Below, one piece after another: positions 36,085 through 48,475 of a stretch of 64,000 nt of DNA. This DNA is from Octopus sinensis. Its lineage: Eukaryota. The DNA lies in the NCBI RefSeq assembly GCF_006345805.1, contig NW_021836174.1:1-64000 (forward strand). The letters are read 5' to 3'. The position numbers and the translations under genes are program-made. The notes under the pieces are model-generated. The model was not told the origin of the DNA. It searched no databases and saw only the letters and a list, made by a program, of their open reading frames with translations. Every line of letters starts with the position of its first letter. Position 1 is the stretch's first letter.

Positions 36085-37075
36085 ACTTAAACAATGTCAC
36101 AGTACTGAAATATGCAGATGACATCAAGCTGTACCTCGAAATAAAGAGGACAGATCCTGTACACTATAGATCTTTATTGCAATCAGACCTGGACACAATG
36201 CAGCAGTGGATCATGGACTGGCAACTCGAGCTGGCCGTGGACAAATGTACCACCATGCATTTTGGGAGGAAGAACCCAGCATCTACTTACTCCCTCCACA
36301 ACACTAATCTCAAAAAGTCTTCTTGTGAACACGACCTTGGCATTATTGTTGACAGCGATTTGCGTTGGACAAAACACATTGCTAAAATTGCCAAGAAGGC
36401 TGAGGGGGGTCTTGGCATCACTCACCAAGTCTTTTGTGAGCCGCTCTCTGACTATCTGTCTGAGGCTTTATATAGCTATGGTGTGGCTTCACCTGGAATT
36501 TGCCTCACCGGTCTGGAACCCCTATCTTGCCCAGGATATTAATCGTCTGGAAACCGTTCAGCGATGTGCAACCAAGAGAATACCCTCCATCAGGCGTTTG
36601 CCATATTCTGAACGCCTTACTTGCCTGAGCATGGATACATTGAAACTCCGACATCTGGCAGCTGACTTGGCAGACACCCATAAAATTATCAACCATCTTG
36701 CAAACAATAACTCTGAGCACCTTTTCAAACTCCACCTGTCTAACACCCATGGACATGTTTACAAAGTCAGAAAGCAGCACAGCTCCCATGACTTTAGGAA
36801 ACGTTTTTTCCTGCTAAGAGTTGCTGAAGCATGGAACAAACTGCCAGCATCAGTTGTTAGTTGTCGGAGCACTGCATCCTTCAAAATTTCCATGCTTCCT
36901 GAGATTCGCCAACACTACACCTGATTTTCTCTCCTCCATACACACGCAGGCATGTATCTGACTCATACACTGTTCGCTTTCCAGACATTTGTACATTACT
37001 GCATATACTTTATGCGCACTTTTGACAAGCTGTGGTGCACCTGAGCGCTGTATACAATAATTTCATTATTATTAT
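36085..37075 (+). mobile_element. 5'-truncated CR1-type LINE
   Basis: KYADDIKLY RT motif through LEFASPVWNPY...AWNKLP; frameshift near 36407; (ATT)n tail. Confidence 0.9.
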
Positions 37076-37105
37076 TTTATTTTAAATTTCCATATCTTTT
37101 CACAG

Positions 37106-37243
37106 ATGATTTGTATCTTTTGAGCTATTTTGTGCTGATACGTACAAAGAAAACAGGAGATTCTCCATTGGAAACATTGGCGACATACAAGATGTACACT
37201 ATGGATTTGAAAATATATGACAAGGATCTTCAGAAAATTGAAG
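37106..37243 (+). CDS. LRP2: LRP2-like exon, end of propeller 2
   Basis: tcacag|...|gtaggt; 138 nt, phase 1-1; DLYLLSYFVLIRTKKTGD...LKIYDKDLQ. Confidence 0.82.
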
Positions 37244-37291
37244 GTAGGTGAAAAGATATCATCTGTTACACTCTTTTCTCTCTAGCACCTA

Positions 37292-37326
<35 letters not shown>

Positions 37327-37847
37327 TCTCTTTCCCCTCTCTCTCCCTGCCTCTCTGTCTCTTATTGTTCCCAACAGAAAAGCTAAGTATTTACCTCTTC
37401 AACAAGACACTCACTCCTGTCTGTCTGTCATACTTCCATAACCTTCAACACTGCACTCTACTCATTTGAGGGAGTCTTATTTCCCAAGTACTCGGACACT
37501 TCACCAGTGACGGAGCAACATAAAAACATTCAATACACTCACTGAAGTGACCAGTGGTCAGGAAGGGAATTCAGAGGTAGAAGCCTTGCCAAAGTAGACA
37601 CTATCCAATCCATATCAGCATGGGCAAATGGATGTTAAATGGTGATGACAATGATGATGATGATGAAGTGGGGAGGGGAAATGATAATGGGAAGGAGGAT
37701 GATTAGGGACCAAGCTATATTCTCTTCCTATAGGGCGAAACTGAATAATATTGGTTAATATGAGAAACAACAGACTGTGAATTTCTAAGAGCATCATGAC
37801 TCATTAGACTAATTAACTGTTACTGTTTTATGTAAATAAGTTAAACA

Positions 37848-38345
37848 GGCACAGGTGCGGGCGTGTGGTAAGTAGCTTGCTTACCAACCACATGGTTCCG
37901 GGTTCAGTCCCACTGCGTGGCACCTTGGGCAAGTGTCTTTTACTATAGCCTTGGGCCGACCAAAGCCTTGTGAGTGGATTTGGTAGAAGAAAACTGAAAG
38001 AAGCCCGTCGTATATATGTGTGTGTGTGAATATATATATGTGTGTGTGTGTGTGTGTTTGACCTCCCCAACATCGCTTGACAACCGATGCTGGTGTGTTA
38101 CGTCCTTGTAACTTAGCGGTTCGGTAAAAGAGTCCAATAGAATAAGTACTAGGCTTACAAAGAATAAGTCCTGGGGTTGATTTGCGAGACTAAAGGCGGT
38201 GCTCCAGCATGGTCGCAGTCAAATGACTGAAACAAGTAAAAGAGACCGATAGAATAAGTACTAGGCTTACAAAGAATAAGTCATCAGGTTAGTTTGCTTG
38301 ACTAAAGGTGGTGCTCCAGCATAGCCACTGTCAAATGACTGAAAT
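37848..38345 (+). mobile_element. tRNA-derived SINE family B with duplicated 3' end
   Basis: gtgtggtaagtagcttgc...ggttcagtcccactgcg...gaaactgaaagaagccc. Other copies near 12090-12470(-), 15712-15880(-), 20340-20600(+), 25900-26075(+), 38360-38530(+) and 43150-43925(-). Confidence 0.8.
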
Positions 38346-38526
38346 GAGTAAAAGAGTAAAAGAGGCACAGGAGTGGTTGTGTGGTAAGAAGCTTGCTTCC
38401 CAACCATGTGGTTCCAGGTTCAGTCCCATTCTGTGGTACCTGGGATAAGTGTTGTCTACCATAGCCTTGGGCTGACCAAAGCTTTGTAAGTGGATTTCAT
38501 AGACAGAAACTGAAAGAAGCCTGTCG

Positions 38527-38566
<40 letters not shown>

Positions 38567-38689
38567 TATATATACATATATATAAACATATATATATATA
38601 TATATATTACATATATATATATATAATATATATATATATATACCACACAATCTGCAGAAAACAACTTCTGTCACTTCCGGGGGGGAAAA

Positions 38690-40025
38690 ACTAGAAGTAG
38701 TTGATAGTTTCCGCTATCTAGGTGACCAAGTCAGTAGTGGGGGGGTGGGTGCGCTGAAAGTGTAACTGCTAGAATAAGAATAGCCTGGGCAAAGTTTAGG
38801 GAGCTCTTACCTCTGCTGGTGACTAAAGGCCTCTCGCTCAGAGTAAAAGGCAGACTGTATGATGCATGTGTACGAACAGCTATGCTACATGGCAGTGAAA
38901 CATGGGCCGTGACAGCTGAGGACATGCGTAAGCTCGTGAGGAACGAAGCCAGTATGCTCCGATGGATGTGTAATGTCAGTGTACTTACTCGACAGAGCGT
39001 TAGTACCTTGAGAGAAATGTTGTACCTAAGAAGCATCAGTTGTTGTGTGCAAGAGAGACGATTGCGCTGGTATGGTCATGTGGCGAGAATGGATGAAGAG
39101 AGGTGTGTGAGAAAGTGCCAATCCCTAGCAGTTGAGGGAACCGTGGAAGAGGTAGACCCAGGAAAACCTGGGACGAGGTGGTGAAGCACGACCTTCGGAC
39201 GTTAGGTCTCACCATGGAAATGACTAGAGACCGAGACCTATGGAAGTATGCTGTGCGTGAGAAGACCCGGCAAGACTAGTGAAGCCATAATCCGTGGCCC
39301 CTACCTGGGACGTAGTCAGTCCACCTGTGCATACCTTCCTTCTTGTGACACTTGTGAAGACCTGTTGAGGCAAGTGAGAATCGAATCGTATCAAATCAAA
39401 TCGAACCAAATCAAAATAGATGAACATCAATGGAATTTGTATCCTTGTGGTACCAGTGCCGGTGGCACATAAGAAAACCATCCGAACGTGACCGTAGCCA
39501 GTACCGCAATGACTGGCCTCCATGCTGAGGGCACGTAACAAACACCATCCAAGCGTGGCCGTCCGCCAGCCTCGTCTAGCACCTGTGTCGGTGACACATA
39601 AGAAAACACCATCCGAGCGTGGCCGTCTGCCAGCCTCGTCTGGCACCTGTGTCGGTGGCACATAAAAAACACCATCCGAGCGTGGCCGTCTGCCAGCCTC
39701 GTCTGGCACCTGTGTCGGTGGCACATAAAAAACACCATCCGAGCGTGGTTGTCTGCCAGCCTCGTCTGGCACCTGTGTCGGTGGCACATAAAAAACACCA
39801 TCCGAGCGTGGCCGTCTGCCAGCCTCGTCTGGCACCTGTGCCGGTGGCACATAAAATCACCCACTACACTCTCGGAGTGGTTGGCGTTAGGAAGGGCATC
39901 CAGCTGTAGAAACACTGCCACATCTGACTGGCCTGGTGCAGCCTTCGGGCTTCCCAGACCCCAGTTGAACCGTCCAACCCATGCTAGCATGGAAAGCGGA
40001 CGTTAAACGATGATGATGATGATGA

Positions 40026-40028
<3 letters not shown>
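38690..40028 (+). mobile_element. RTE LINE 3' portion with expanded 3' UTR array and (GAT)n tail
   Basis: KGRLYDACVRTAMLHGSETW...LRWYGHVARM. Confidence 0.88.
39541..39857 (+). repeat. 5 x 63-bp tandem repeat in an RTE 3' UTR
   Basis: aacaccatcc recurs at 39541, 39605, 39668, 39731 and 39794. Confidence 0.93.
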
Positions 40029-40117
<89 letters not shown>

Positions 40118-40838
40118 ATATATATACACATATATATAGAGATATATATATAATGTATTTAGGTAGGTATGTATGTGTGTCTTTGTGTCTGTATTTGTCA
40201 CCCCACCATCACCTGACAACTGATGTTGGTGTGTTTACGTCCCCATAACTTAGTGGTTCAGTAGAAATGACTGATAGAATAAGTACCAAGTTTACAAAGA
40301 ATAAGCTTGATTTCTTTGGCGAAAAGGCAGTGCTCCAGCACGGCCCCAGTCAAATGACTGAAAGAAGTAAAAGAAAAAATGAATAGAATGTTTCATTCAA
40401 TGGAAACGTTTATTGGAATAGCCTTAAGTCTAGGTTAAATAAATTCTCGTTAGGCTTTTCTATAATTACACACATTGCTGAGTGTAGACAGTTGAACGAT
40501 AATACTTCAGGGTATCTTCTTTCAGGTGGGCATTTCTTCATTCAGATACCCTGTGTTCCACCCTCTAAAACCCCACCATATTTGATGGCATAAAAGGCAC
40601 ATGCGTATATTACATGCCCCAGTTCAGTAACGCATGTTCAACCAAAATGATTTTAGTACAGTAAAGCTTATCGAAAGCCCAACTTAACATACAGGACCCA
40701 GGATGAATTTTTGTGACAATTCTTTGAAAAAAAAGTGCATCTTTTCTGCTTCAAATATATTTATTATTTATATCATATCCTGTTCTTTTGTATTATTTTT
40801 TCTTAACATTTCTTTTTCATTTTCCATTTTCTTCCTAG

Positions 40839-41129
40839 CCTCAAATCCATGCATTCAAAGAAATGGTGATTGTACTCATTTTTGTTTCGCTGTGCCTATG
40901 ACACAAGACATTCTCCATGGGGAACTGGGTCGCCATTGTGGTTGTCCGTATGGTATGAAGTTGGACACTGATCTCAGAACATGCATTAATCATACAGAAT
41001 TTGAACCACCAAAAGAATGCCCGCCTTCCAGATTTCAATGCAAAAACAAACGCTGTATCAGCCATTACAGAGTCTGTAACCTGCAGGATGATTGTTTTGA
41101 TAATTCTGATGAAGTTAATTGTACATCAC
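40839..41129 (+). CDS. LRP2: LRP2-like exon, EGF plus first LDLa of cluster II
   Basis: tcctag|...|gtgagt; 291 nt; NPCIQRNGDCTHFCFAVP...CGCPYGMKL...EPPKECPPSRFQC..., similar to recalled megalin GDCSHFCFPVP...CGCPYGMRL...EPP. Confidence 0.95.
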
Positions 41130-41169
41130 GTGAGTTAAATACATTTATTAATTCTCTGATTCTTTAATC

Positions 41170-41975
41170 ATTCGTTTACATCCGGTAGAGGGAACCTGTG
41201 GAAGAAGTAGACCCAAGAAGACCTGGGATGAGGTGGTGAAGCATGACCTATTTCTTTACTACCCACAAGGGGCTAAACACAGAGAGGACAAATAAGTACA
41301 GACAAAGGGATTAAGTCGATTACATCGACCCCAGTGCGTAATTGGTACTTAATTTATCGACCCCGAAAGGATGAAAGGCAAAGTCGACCTCGGTGGAATT
41401 TGAACTCAGAGCGTAACGACAGACGAAATACAGCTACGCATTTCGCCCAGCGAGCTAACATTCCTGCCAGCTCGCCGCCTGGTGAAGCATGACCTTCAAC
41501 GAGGTGATGACAAGTGACCGAGACCTATGGAGATATGCTGTGCTTGAGAAGACCCAGCAAGCCAAGTGAGACCGTAACCATGGCCTATGCCAGTGCAGCA
41601 TAACCAGCCCATTTAAGAGTACCCTTCAATTATTCGGCAATAAACTGCACTTGCACAGACCTGTTGAGACAAGTGAAGTCGTTATGGCCAATGACAGTAC
41701 CGCCTGATTGGCACCCGTGCTGGTGGCATGTAAAAGGCACCATTCAAGCGTGGTGGATGCCAGTTCCACCTGACTGGCCCTTGTGCTGGTGACACGTAAA
41801 AAAAACACCCACTACACTCTCGGAGTGGTTGGCGTTAGGAAGGGCATCCAGCTGTGGAAACATTGCCAGATCAGATTGGAGCCTGGTGCAGCCTTCTGGC
41901 TTGCCAGCCCTCAGTCAAACCATCCAATCCATGCCAGCATAGAAAGGGGACATTAAATGATGATGATGATGATGA
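41170..41975 (+). mobile_element. RTE 3' fragment interrupted by a SINE
   Basis: Same 3' UTR core (ggagtggttggcgttaggaagggcatccagc); SINE at 41250-41480. Confidence 0.8.
41250..41480 (-). mobile_element. SINE family A with 15-bp TSD
   Basis: TSD ggtgaagcatgacct at 41235-41249 and 41481-41495. Confidence 0.9.
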
Positions 41976-43240
41976 TAATTTATTGCCTTTACTCTAGTTA
42001 AATGATCCTAGTGAAAGCATGTAACCTAATGGTTGGGGTGTTTGGCTCATGACAGGAATGTTGTGAGTTCAATTCCAGGCAGCATGTTTTGTGTTGACCA
42101 AGACACTTTATTTCACTCCAGTCCACTCAGCTGGCAAAAATGAGTAGCACCTGCAATTCAAAGGGCCAGGTCTGTCGTGGTCTGTGTCACACTGAAACAC
42201 TCCGAGAACTATGTTAAGAGAACACCTGTCTGTGGAGTACTCAGCCACTTGCACATTAATTTCAAAAGCAGGCTATTCCATTAATCAGATCAACTGGAAC
42301 ACCTTTTTTAGAGATTTTGGTATGATTCAATCCAATGATTTCTGTGCAAGAAAATTATATCTGTGTGTAAATTCAGAAATATGTATTTTAAATGTGTAGG
42401 TGCAGGCATGATATTGTTTAAAGAGTGTGCTTAGCAAGCATCTCACTTTATGTTTAATTTTACCATGCATCACTTTGAGCAAGTGTTGTCTACAATAGTC
42501 TCAGACCAACCATTGCTTTGGGAATGATTTTGGCAGATGGAAATTATGTGGCAATTCATCACACATCATCATCATCATCATCCATTCTCCATGCTGACAT
42601 GAGCTGGATGGTTCAACTAGGGCTGGCATGTTAGAAGGCTGCACCAGACTCCAGTCTGATTTGGTATGGTTTATACAGCTAGATACCCTTCCTAATGCCA
42701 ACCACTCCAAGAATGTAATGGGTGCTTTTGTGATATGTGTCTTGGATTATTTAATGGACCTCTACGAAGAGGACAGAACATTAATTGGCTATGATGCAAT
42801 GGACCATGGAAAAATCCATGCTAGTAATATTATTTGGAGAGTAAATTCGAAATGAGAAAATTTGAGAATAGAGCATGTGATGGCAGAGTACCAAAAGCCA
42901 GGTTCTCCTGGGCCAAACATGTTGCAAGGTTTACAGACAACAGGTGCTGAGTGGTAGCCAAGAGATCAGAAAAGGCCTCTTGGAAGGCCTCCATGATGAT
43001 GGGAAGATGGTTTAGTTAACCAATTTGAGTCTAGATGGAAAAGAATGGTGCATTCTAGACATAACTGGAAGTGCATTGTGGCCAGCGTTGCATAACTGCA
43101 TCTGATGGCCTGGTCGATACTGTGAATCTGTGATATTACCTTTCCTCTTTTTGTTTCAGTCATATGACTGTGGCCATGCTGGAGTACTGCCTTTAGTCGA
43201 ACAAGTCAAACTCAGGACTTATCCTTTGTAAGCTGAATAC

Positions 43241-43640
43241 CTATTTCTTTACTACCCACAAGGGGCTACTCATGGAGGGGACAAACAAGTACAGACAAAG
43301 GGATTAAGTTGATTACATCGACCTCAGTGCATAACTGGTACTTAATTTATCTACCCTGAAAGGATGAAAGGCAAAGTCGACCTCGGCGGAATTTGAACTC
43401 AGAACGTAGCGGCAGATGGAATACCTATTTCTTTACTACCCACAAGGAAAAACAAGGACAGACAAACAGATTAAGTCGATTATATCGACCCCAGTGTGTA
43501 ACTGATACTTAATTTATCGACCCCGAAAGGATGAAAGGCAAAGTCAATCCTGGCGGAATTTGAACTCAGAACGTAACAGGAGACAAAATACGGTTACGCA
43601 TTTCGCCCGGCGTGCTAACAATTCTGCCAGCTCACCACCA
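43241..43640 (-). mobile_element. Dimeric SINE family A with 14-bp TSD, nested in SINE family B
   Basis: TSD tgtaagctgaatac at 43227-43240 and 43641-43654. Confidence 0.85.
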
Positions 43641-44140
43641 TGTAAGCTGAATACTTATACTATTAGTCTCTTTTGCTGAACAGCCAAGCTATGGGAACAT
43701 AAGCACACCAACATCGTGGGACAAACACGGATATACAAGTGCACACGCACACATACAGATATATATGATGGGCTTCGTTCAGTTTCCATCTGCCAAATCC
43801 ACTTACAAGGCTTTGGCTGGCCTGAGGCTATAATAGAAGACACTTACCCAAGGTGTCATGCAGTGGGACTGAACCTGGAACCATGCGATTAGGAAGCAAG
43901 CTTCTTACCACATAGCCATGCTGCACCTTTAATAAAGATTTTTAAACATCCAAGTGGAAAATACTCACAGAAAAATCAAAGTAATGTTAACAAACTTTCA
44001 CCCACCTGCAAAATATTTGCAATGACTGAATGACAAGAATATATACTTGTAATGTTGGAATGCTTTGTATGTGAGACTACATCTTTTATGCAGGAAAATA
44101 CTGTAATTAAACAAATTTTATTCACACAGAGAAAGGCAAT

Positions 44141-44564
44141 TGTAGTGATGCTACTGTGTAGGGTTCAGCGCGCATGCGCAGAATGGGACTACTTCCGGGT
44201 GGCCACCAGAAGTCTTCCCCATGCGCATGTGCGGGAAAACGTTCCCTCAAGCCCGCCAAGCTCAAATCGCTATCTTCGGCTAGACAGCATTGCGATCGGA
44301 CGTGCATTCACAGGCTCTGACAACCACTCGTGCTACGACATAGCGCCAACAACCATTAACCAACTTCAACAACTAACACGAAGCTGTATATCAGAGGCTG
44401 TCTTTCTCCCACCAGACACACGTACGACATCGCAATAAACAAACCAGAATTACTGTCTTTTCACCTTCAACCTGACTTCGTCTGTTTTGCCTTATAAAAT
44501 TTATATGTGACTAGATCGGATATCGACACCCTTTCAGTGCATCGATAACTGATCCTTCGTTACA
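44141..44564 (+). mobile_element. Solo LTR of a related subfamily
   Basis: tgtagtg...gttaca, 424 bp, 4-bp TSD CAAT (44137-44140 and 44565-44568); homologous to the LTRs at 28763 and 33412. Confidence 0.94.
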
Positions 44565-44617
44565 CAATTAATATCCGTGTTCTCATTGAAATTCTTATAT
44601 TTTCTTATCATATATAG

Positions 44618-44734
44618 CTTCACGTCAGTGTTCGCTACATGAATTCAAGTGTGCGAGTGGAAAGTGTATACCAAATCGGTGGATATGTGATGGATACAAA
44701 GATTGCCCTGATAATACAGATGAAAAAGATTGCA
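44618..44734 (+). CDS. LRP2: LRP2-like exon, LDLa
   Basis: atatag|...|gtgagt; 117 nt; [35 protein letters not shown]. Confidence 0.93.
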
Positions 44735-44859
44735 GTGAGTTTATGAAATACATTTTCAATTATAAAAAAATCATGTGTATATATGTACTATGTATTACAA
44801 ATAATGATTACAATTATAATATTATTATAATTATAAATAGCAATATGCATGTGTGTATA

Positions 44860-44927
<68 letters not shown>

Positions 44928-44944
44928 ATATATATGTGTATATA

Positions 44945-44995
<51 letters not shown>

Positions 44996-45022
44996 ATATA
45001 CATGTGTGTTTATATATGTATA

Positions 45023-45300
45023 CTAGCAGTATCGCCCGGCGTTGCTCAGGTTTGTAAGGGAAATAACTATAAAGCATTTTTAGAGAGTTATAGCCAAAAT
45101 AATGGAAAAAAATGATGGTAAATTTTTTTTTTAATTAAAAAAGGTCGAGTTGCGTCCCCTAGACAGTTTGTGGTTCGTGTTTCTGATTGTCGACCCCATG
45201 TCGAATTTATCGATTTTTTTCAGAACTGGGGGAACTTTTCAAAATTTTCGCTGCGTTAGTTTTGAATTATGGCATTGGGCTATGTGTGTGTCAAGTTTCA
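45023..45300 (-). mobile_element. Helitron-like 3' end
   Basis: Minus strand ends with a hairpin related to the 34547-34564 hairpin, followed by CTAG|T. Confidence 0.65.
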
Positions 45301-45303
45301 TCA

Positions 45304-47100
45304 GAATTTAGAAATAGCAGTCAAAGGGTTATAGCTATTTCTTCTACTAAAAAGGGAGATCTCAGTAAAAACAGCAATTGGAAGGCTGACACAAACAGGT
45401 AAGAGAGAATGAATTGACTGCAATCTATCATACATTTTTTAAGTTATCTACGGACGTACGTTTCGAAATCAAGTTTTTAGGAAAGCATAAGAATTAAATA
45501 TTAAATATTAAATAATTCTATCTTACCGAAACTTCTTTTCTCTTCAGCATAGAATACTATAATCATAAATGATATATATTGAATTTTGAGATACTAGGAG
45601 GCACCAACTCAACTCAGTATCAGAGCGAGCTAGAATCCGCAACTAGTATCACCGAATTCAAATTTGTGAATGAAACGATTGTGTCAACAGCCCCTTCCCA
45701 CCCGCGTGTAGCCAAAACAAGATGCTGTGGTCATCTACTGAGATAAAATATGGTTATCCGTAATAATGAAGGGTGAAATTAATTAATTTGGAATAATTAT
45801 CAATTACACCAAGTAGTCTTCGGCATGTAAAAGCCTCAATCGAGGAAAATTTAAGTAATACTAAGCAATAAGGGTTTAGCAACGAATTGCCTTACCACAT
45901 ACCGAATTTAGAAATAGCAGTCAAAGGGTTATAGCTATTTCTTCTACTAAAAAGGGAGATCTCAGTAAAAACAGCAATTGGAAGGCTGACACAAACAGGT
46001 AAGAGAGAATGAATTGACTGCAATCTATCATACATTTTTTAAGTTATCTACGGACGTACGTTTCGAAATCAAGTTTTTAGGAAAGCATAAGAATTAAATA
46101 TTAAATATTAAATAATTCTATCTTACCGAAACTTCTTTTCTCTTCAGCGTAGAATACTATAATCATAAATGATTATATATTGAATTTTGAGATACTAGGA
46201 GGCACCAACTCAACTCAGTATCAGAGCGAGCTAGAATCCGCAACTAGTATCACCGAATTCAAATTTGTGAATGAAACGATTGTGTCAACAGCCCCTTCCC
46301 ACCCGCGTGTAGCCAAAACAAGATGCTGTGGTCATCTACTGAGATAAAATATGGTTATCCGTAATAATGAAGGGTGAAATTAATTAATTTGGAATAATTA
46401 TCAATTACACCAAGTAGTCTTCGGCATGTAAAAGCCTCATTCGAGGAAAATTAAGTAATACTAAGCAATAAGGGTTTAGCAACGAATTGCCTTACCACAT
46501 ACTGAATTTAGAAATAGCAGTCAAAGGGTTATAGCTATTTCTTCTACTAAAAAGGGAGATCTCAGTAAAAACAGCAATTGGAAGGCTGACACAAACAGGT
46601 AAGAGAGAATGAATTGACTGCAATCTATCATACATTTTTTAAGTTATCTACGGACGTACGTTTCGAAATCAAGTTTTTAGGAAAGCATAAGAATTAAATA
46701 TTAAATATTAAATAATTCTATCTTACCGAAACTTCTTTTCTCTTCAGCGTAGAATACTATAATCATAAATGATTATATATGAATTTTGAGATACTAGGAG
46801 GCACCAACTCAACTCAGTATCAGAGCGAGCTAGAATCCGCAACTAGTATCACCGAATTCAAATTTGTGAATGAAACGATTGTGTCAACAGCCCCTTCCCA
46901 CCCGCGTGTAGCCAAAACAAGATGCTGTGGTCATCTACTGAGATAAAATATGGTTATCCGTAATAATGAAGGGTGAAATTAATTAATTTGGAATAATTAT
47001 CAATTACACCAAGTAGTCTTCGGCATGTAAAAGCCTCATTCGAGGAAAATTTAAGTAATACTAAGCAATAAGGGTTTAGCAACGAATTGCCTTAACACAT
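45304..47100. repeat. Tandem array, 3 x ~600 bp
   Basis: Units start gaatttagaaatagcagtc at 45304, 45904 and 46504; only a few differences between units. Confidence 0.95.
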
Positions 47101-47579
47101 ATATACATATGCATGCACACACACACACACACATAGGCAAATTTGTTGTTGAAAATGCAATTAAATTTGAAAAACTTGTAATTGTTTAAAATATATTTAT
47201 TTACATATATACCAAGCTAATTTCAACAACATTTTTTTGTTTATCAATAGTAAAAATTTAGAATTATGAATTAGAAAGACATATTTAAAAGTTTCGATGT
47301 TGACAAGTTTAAATGTTCATAACAGTCAATTATATAAAAACTGTGCATCAACTTGTTTAATTATACAAAGCTCATTAGTATTAATAGTGACCGACAAGAA
47401 ATGAATATCATCAGAGTTTCAATGAGAGTTAAGAGGGAGAAAAAGAAGAGATGATGATAATAAAAAAAAGTGTAGGAACTTTCACTTGTAATGGTGTGTT
47501 TTGCAATCCGGTCTACTTATAATTTTTTCTGCAAGCAGATCCAATTTTGGATTCATTAAAGTACTGATGACGTCTTGCT

Positions 47580-48150
47580 TTTAATAATAATGAAATTATT
47601 GTATACAGTGCTCAGGTGCACCACAACTTGTCAAGGTATATGCAGTAGTGTACAAATGTCTGGAAAGCGAACAATGCATGAGTCAGATACATGCTTGTGT
47701 GTGTATGGAGGGGAGAAAATCAGGTGTAGTGTTGGCGAATCTCAGGAAGCATGGAAGTTTTGAAGGATGCAGTGCTCCGACAACTAACAACTGATGCCGG
47801 CAGTTTGTTCCATGCTTCAGCAACTCTCAGCGTGAAAAAATGTTTCCTGAAGTCATGGGAGCTGTGCTGTTTTCTGACTTTGTAAATATGTCCACGGGTG
47901 TTAGATGGGTGGAGTTTAAAAAGGTGCTCAGTGTTATTGTTGGTATGATGGTTGATAATTTTATGGGTGTCTGCCAAGTCAGCTGCCAGACGTCGGAGTT
48001 TCAATGTATCCATGCCCAGGGAAGTAAGGCGTTCAGGATATGGCAAATGCCTGATGGAGGGTATTCTTTTGGTTGCACGTCGCTGAACGGCTTCCAGATG
48101 ATTGATATCCTGGGCAAGATAGGGGTTCCAGACCGGTAATGCAAATTCCA
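47580..48150 (-). mobile_element. CR1-type LINE 3' fragment
   Basis: Same family as 36085-37075 (YPERLTSLGMDTLKLRRL...PEIRQHYT). Confidence 0.88.
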
Positions 48151-48475
48151 GGTGAGGTCTTTGGTCAAGTTTGTCATTCTGCCTGGTTGACTTCCCTGTG
48201 GGGAATGGTCATCAGCCATTCCAGTTGGTTGATTCTCTTAATTCTCTTGGCTTTGATCAGAGGTGAAATTTCATTGGTCTAGAGTTAGGTGACGTCAGCA
48301 ACTGGTGTTTGTATAGTATTATTCTATGGTGATTTGGAGTTGCCATTTCAAAACCAGGGCGGAAGATTGTTACTAAAATTTTTTAAATTGTCTATGTTTC
48401 CTGGTTGTTTTTTTTTTTTTTTGTGGAGAAATTGAGTCTTTTCCCCCTTTTTCATTTTTAAGTTTTTGCCTCTTT

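Noticed and set aside
39541-39857. CRISPR-like regular array
   Set aside because: The units are fully repeated with no unique spacers, lie inside an RTE 3' UTR, and there are no cas genes in this eukaryotic context.
48195-48235. Minus-strand CTGATGA downstream of the GIY-YIG remnant as a hammerhead
   Set aside because: No properly placed GAAA or stem I; too degenerate to call.
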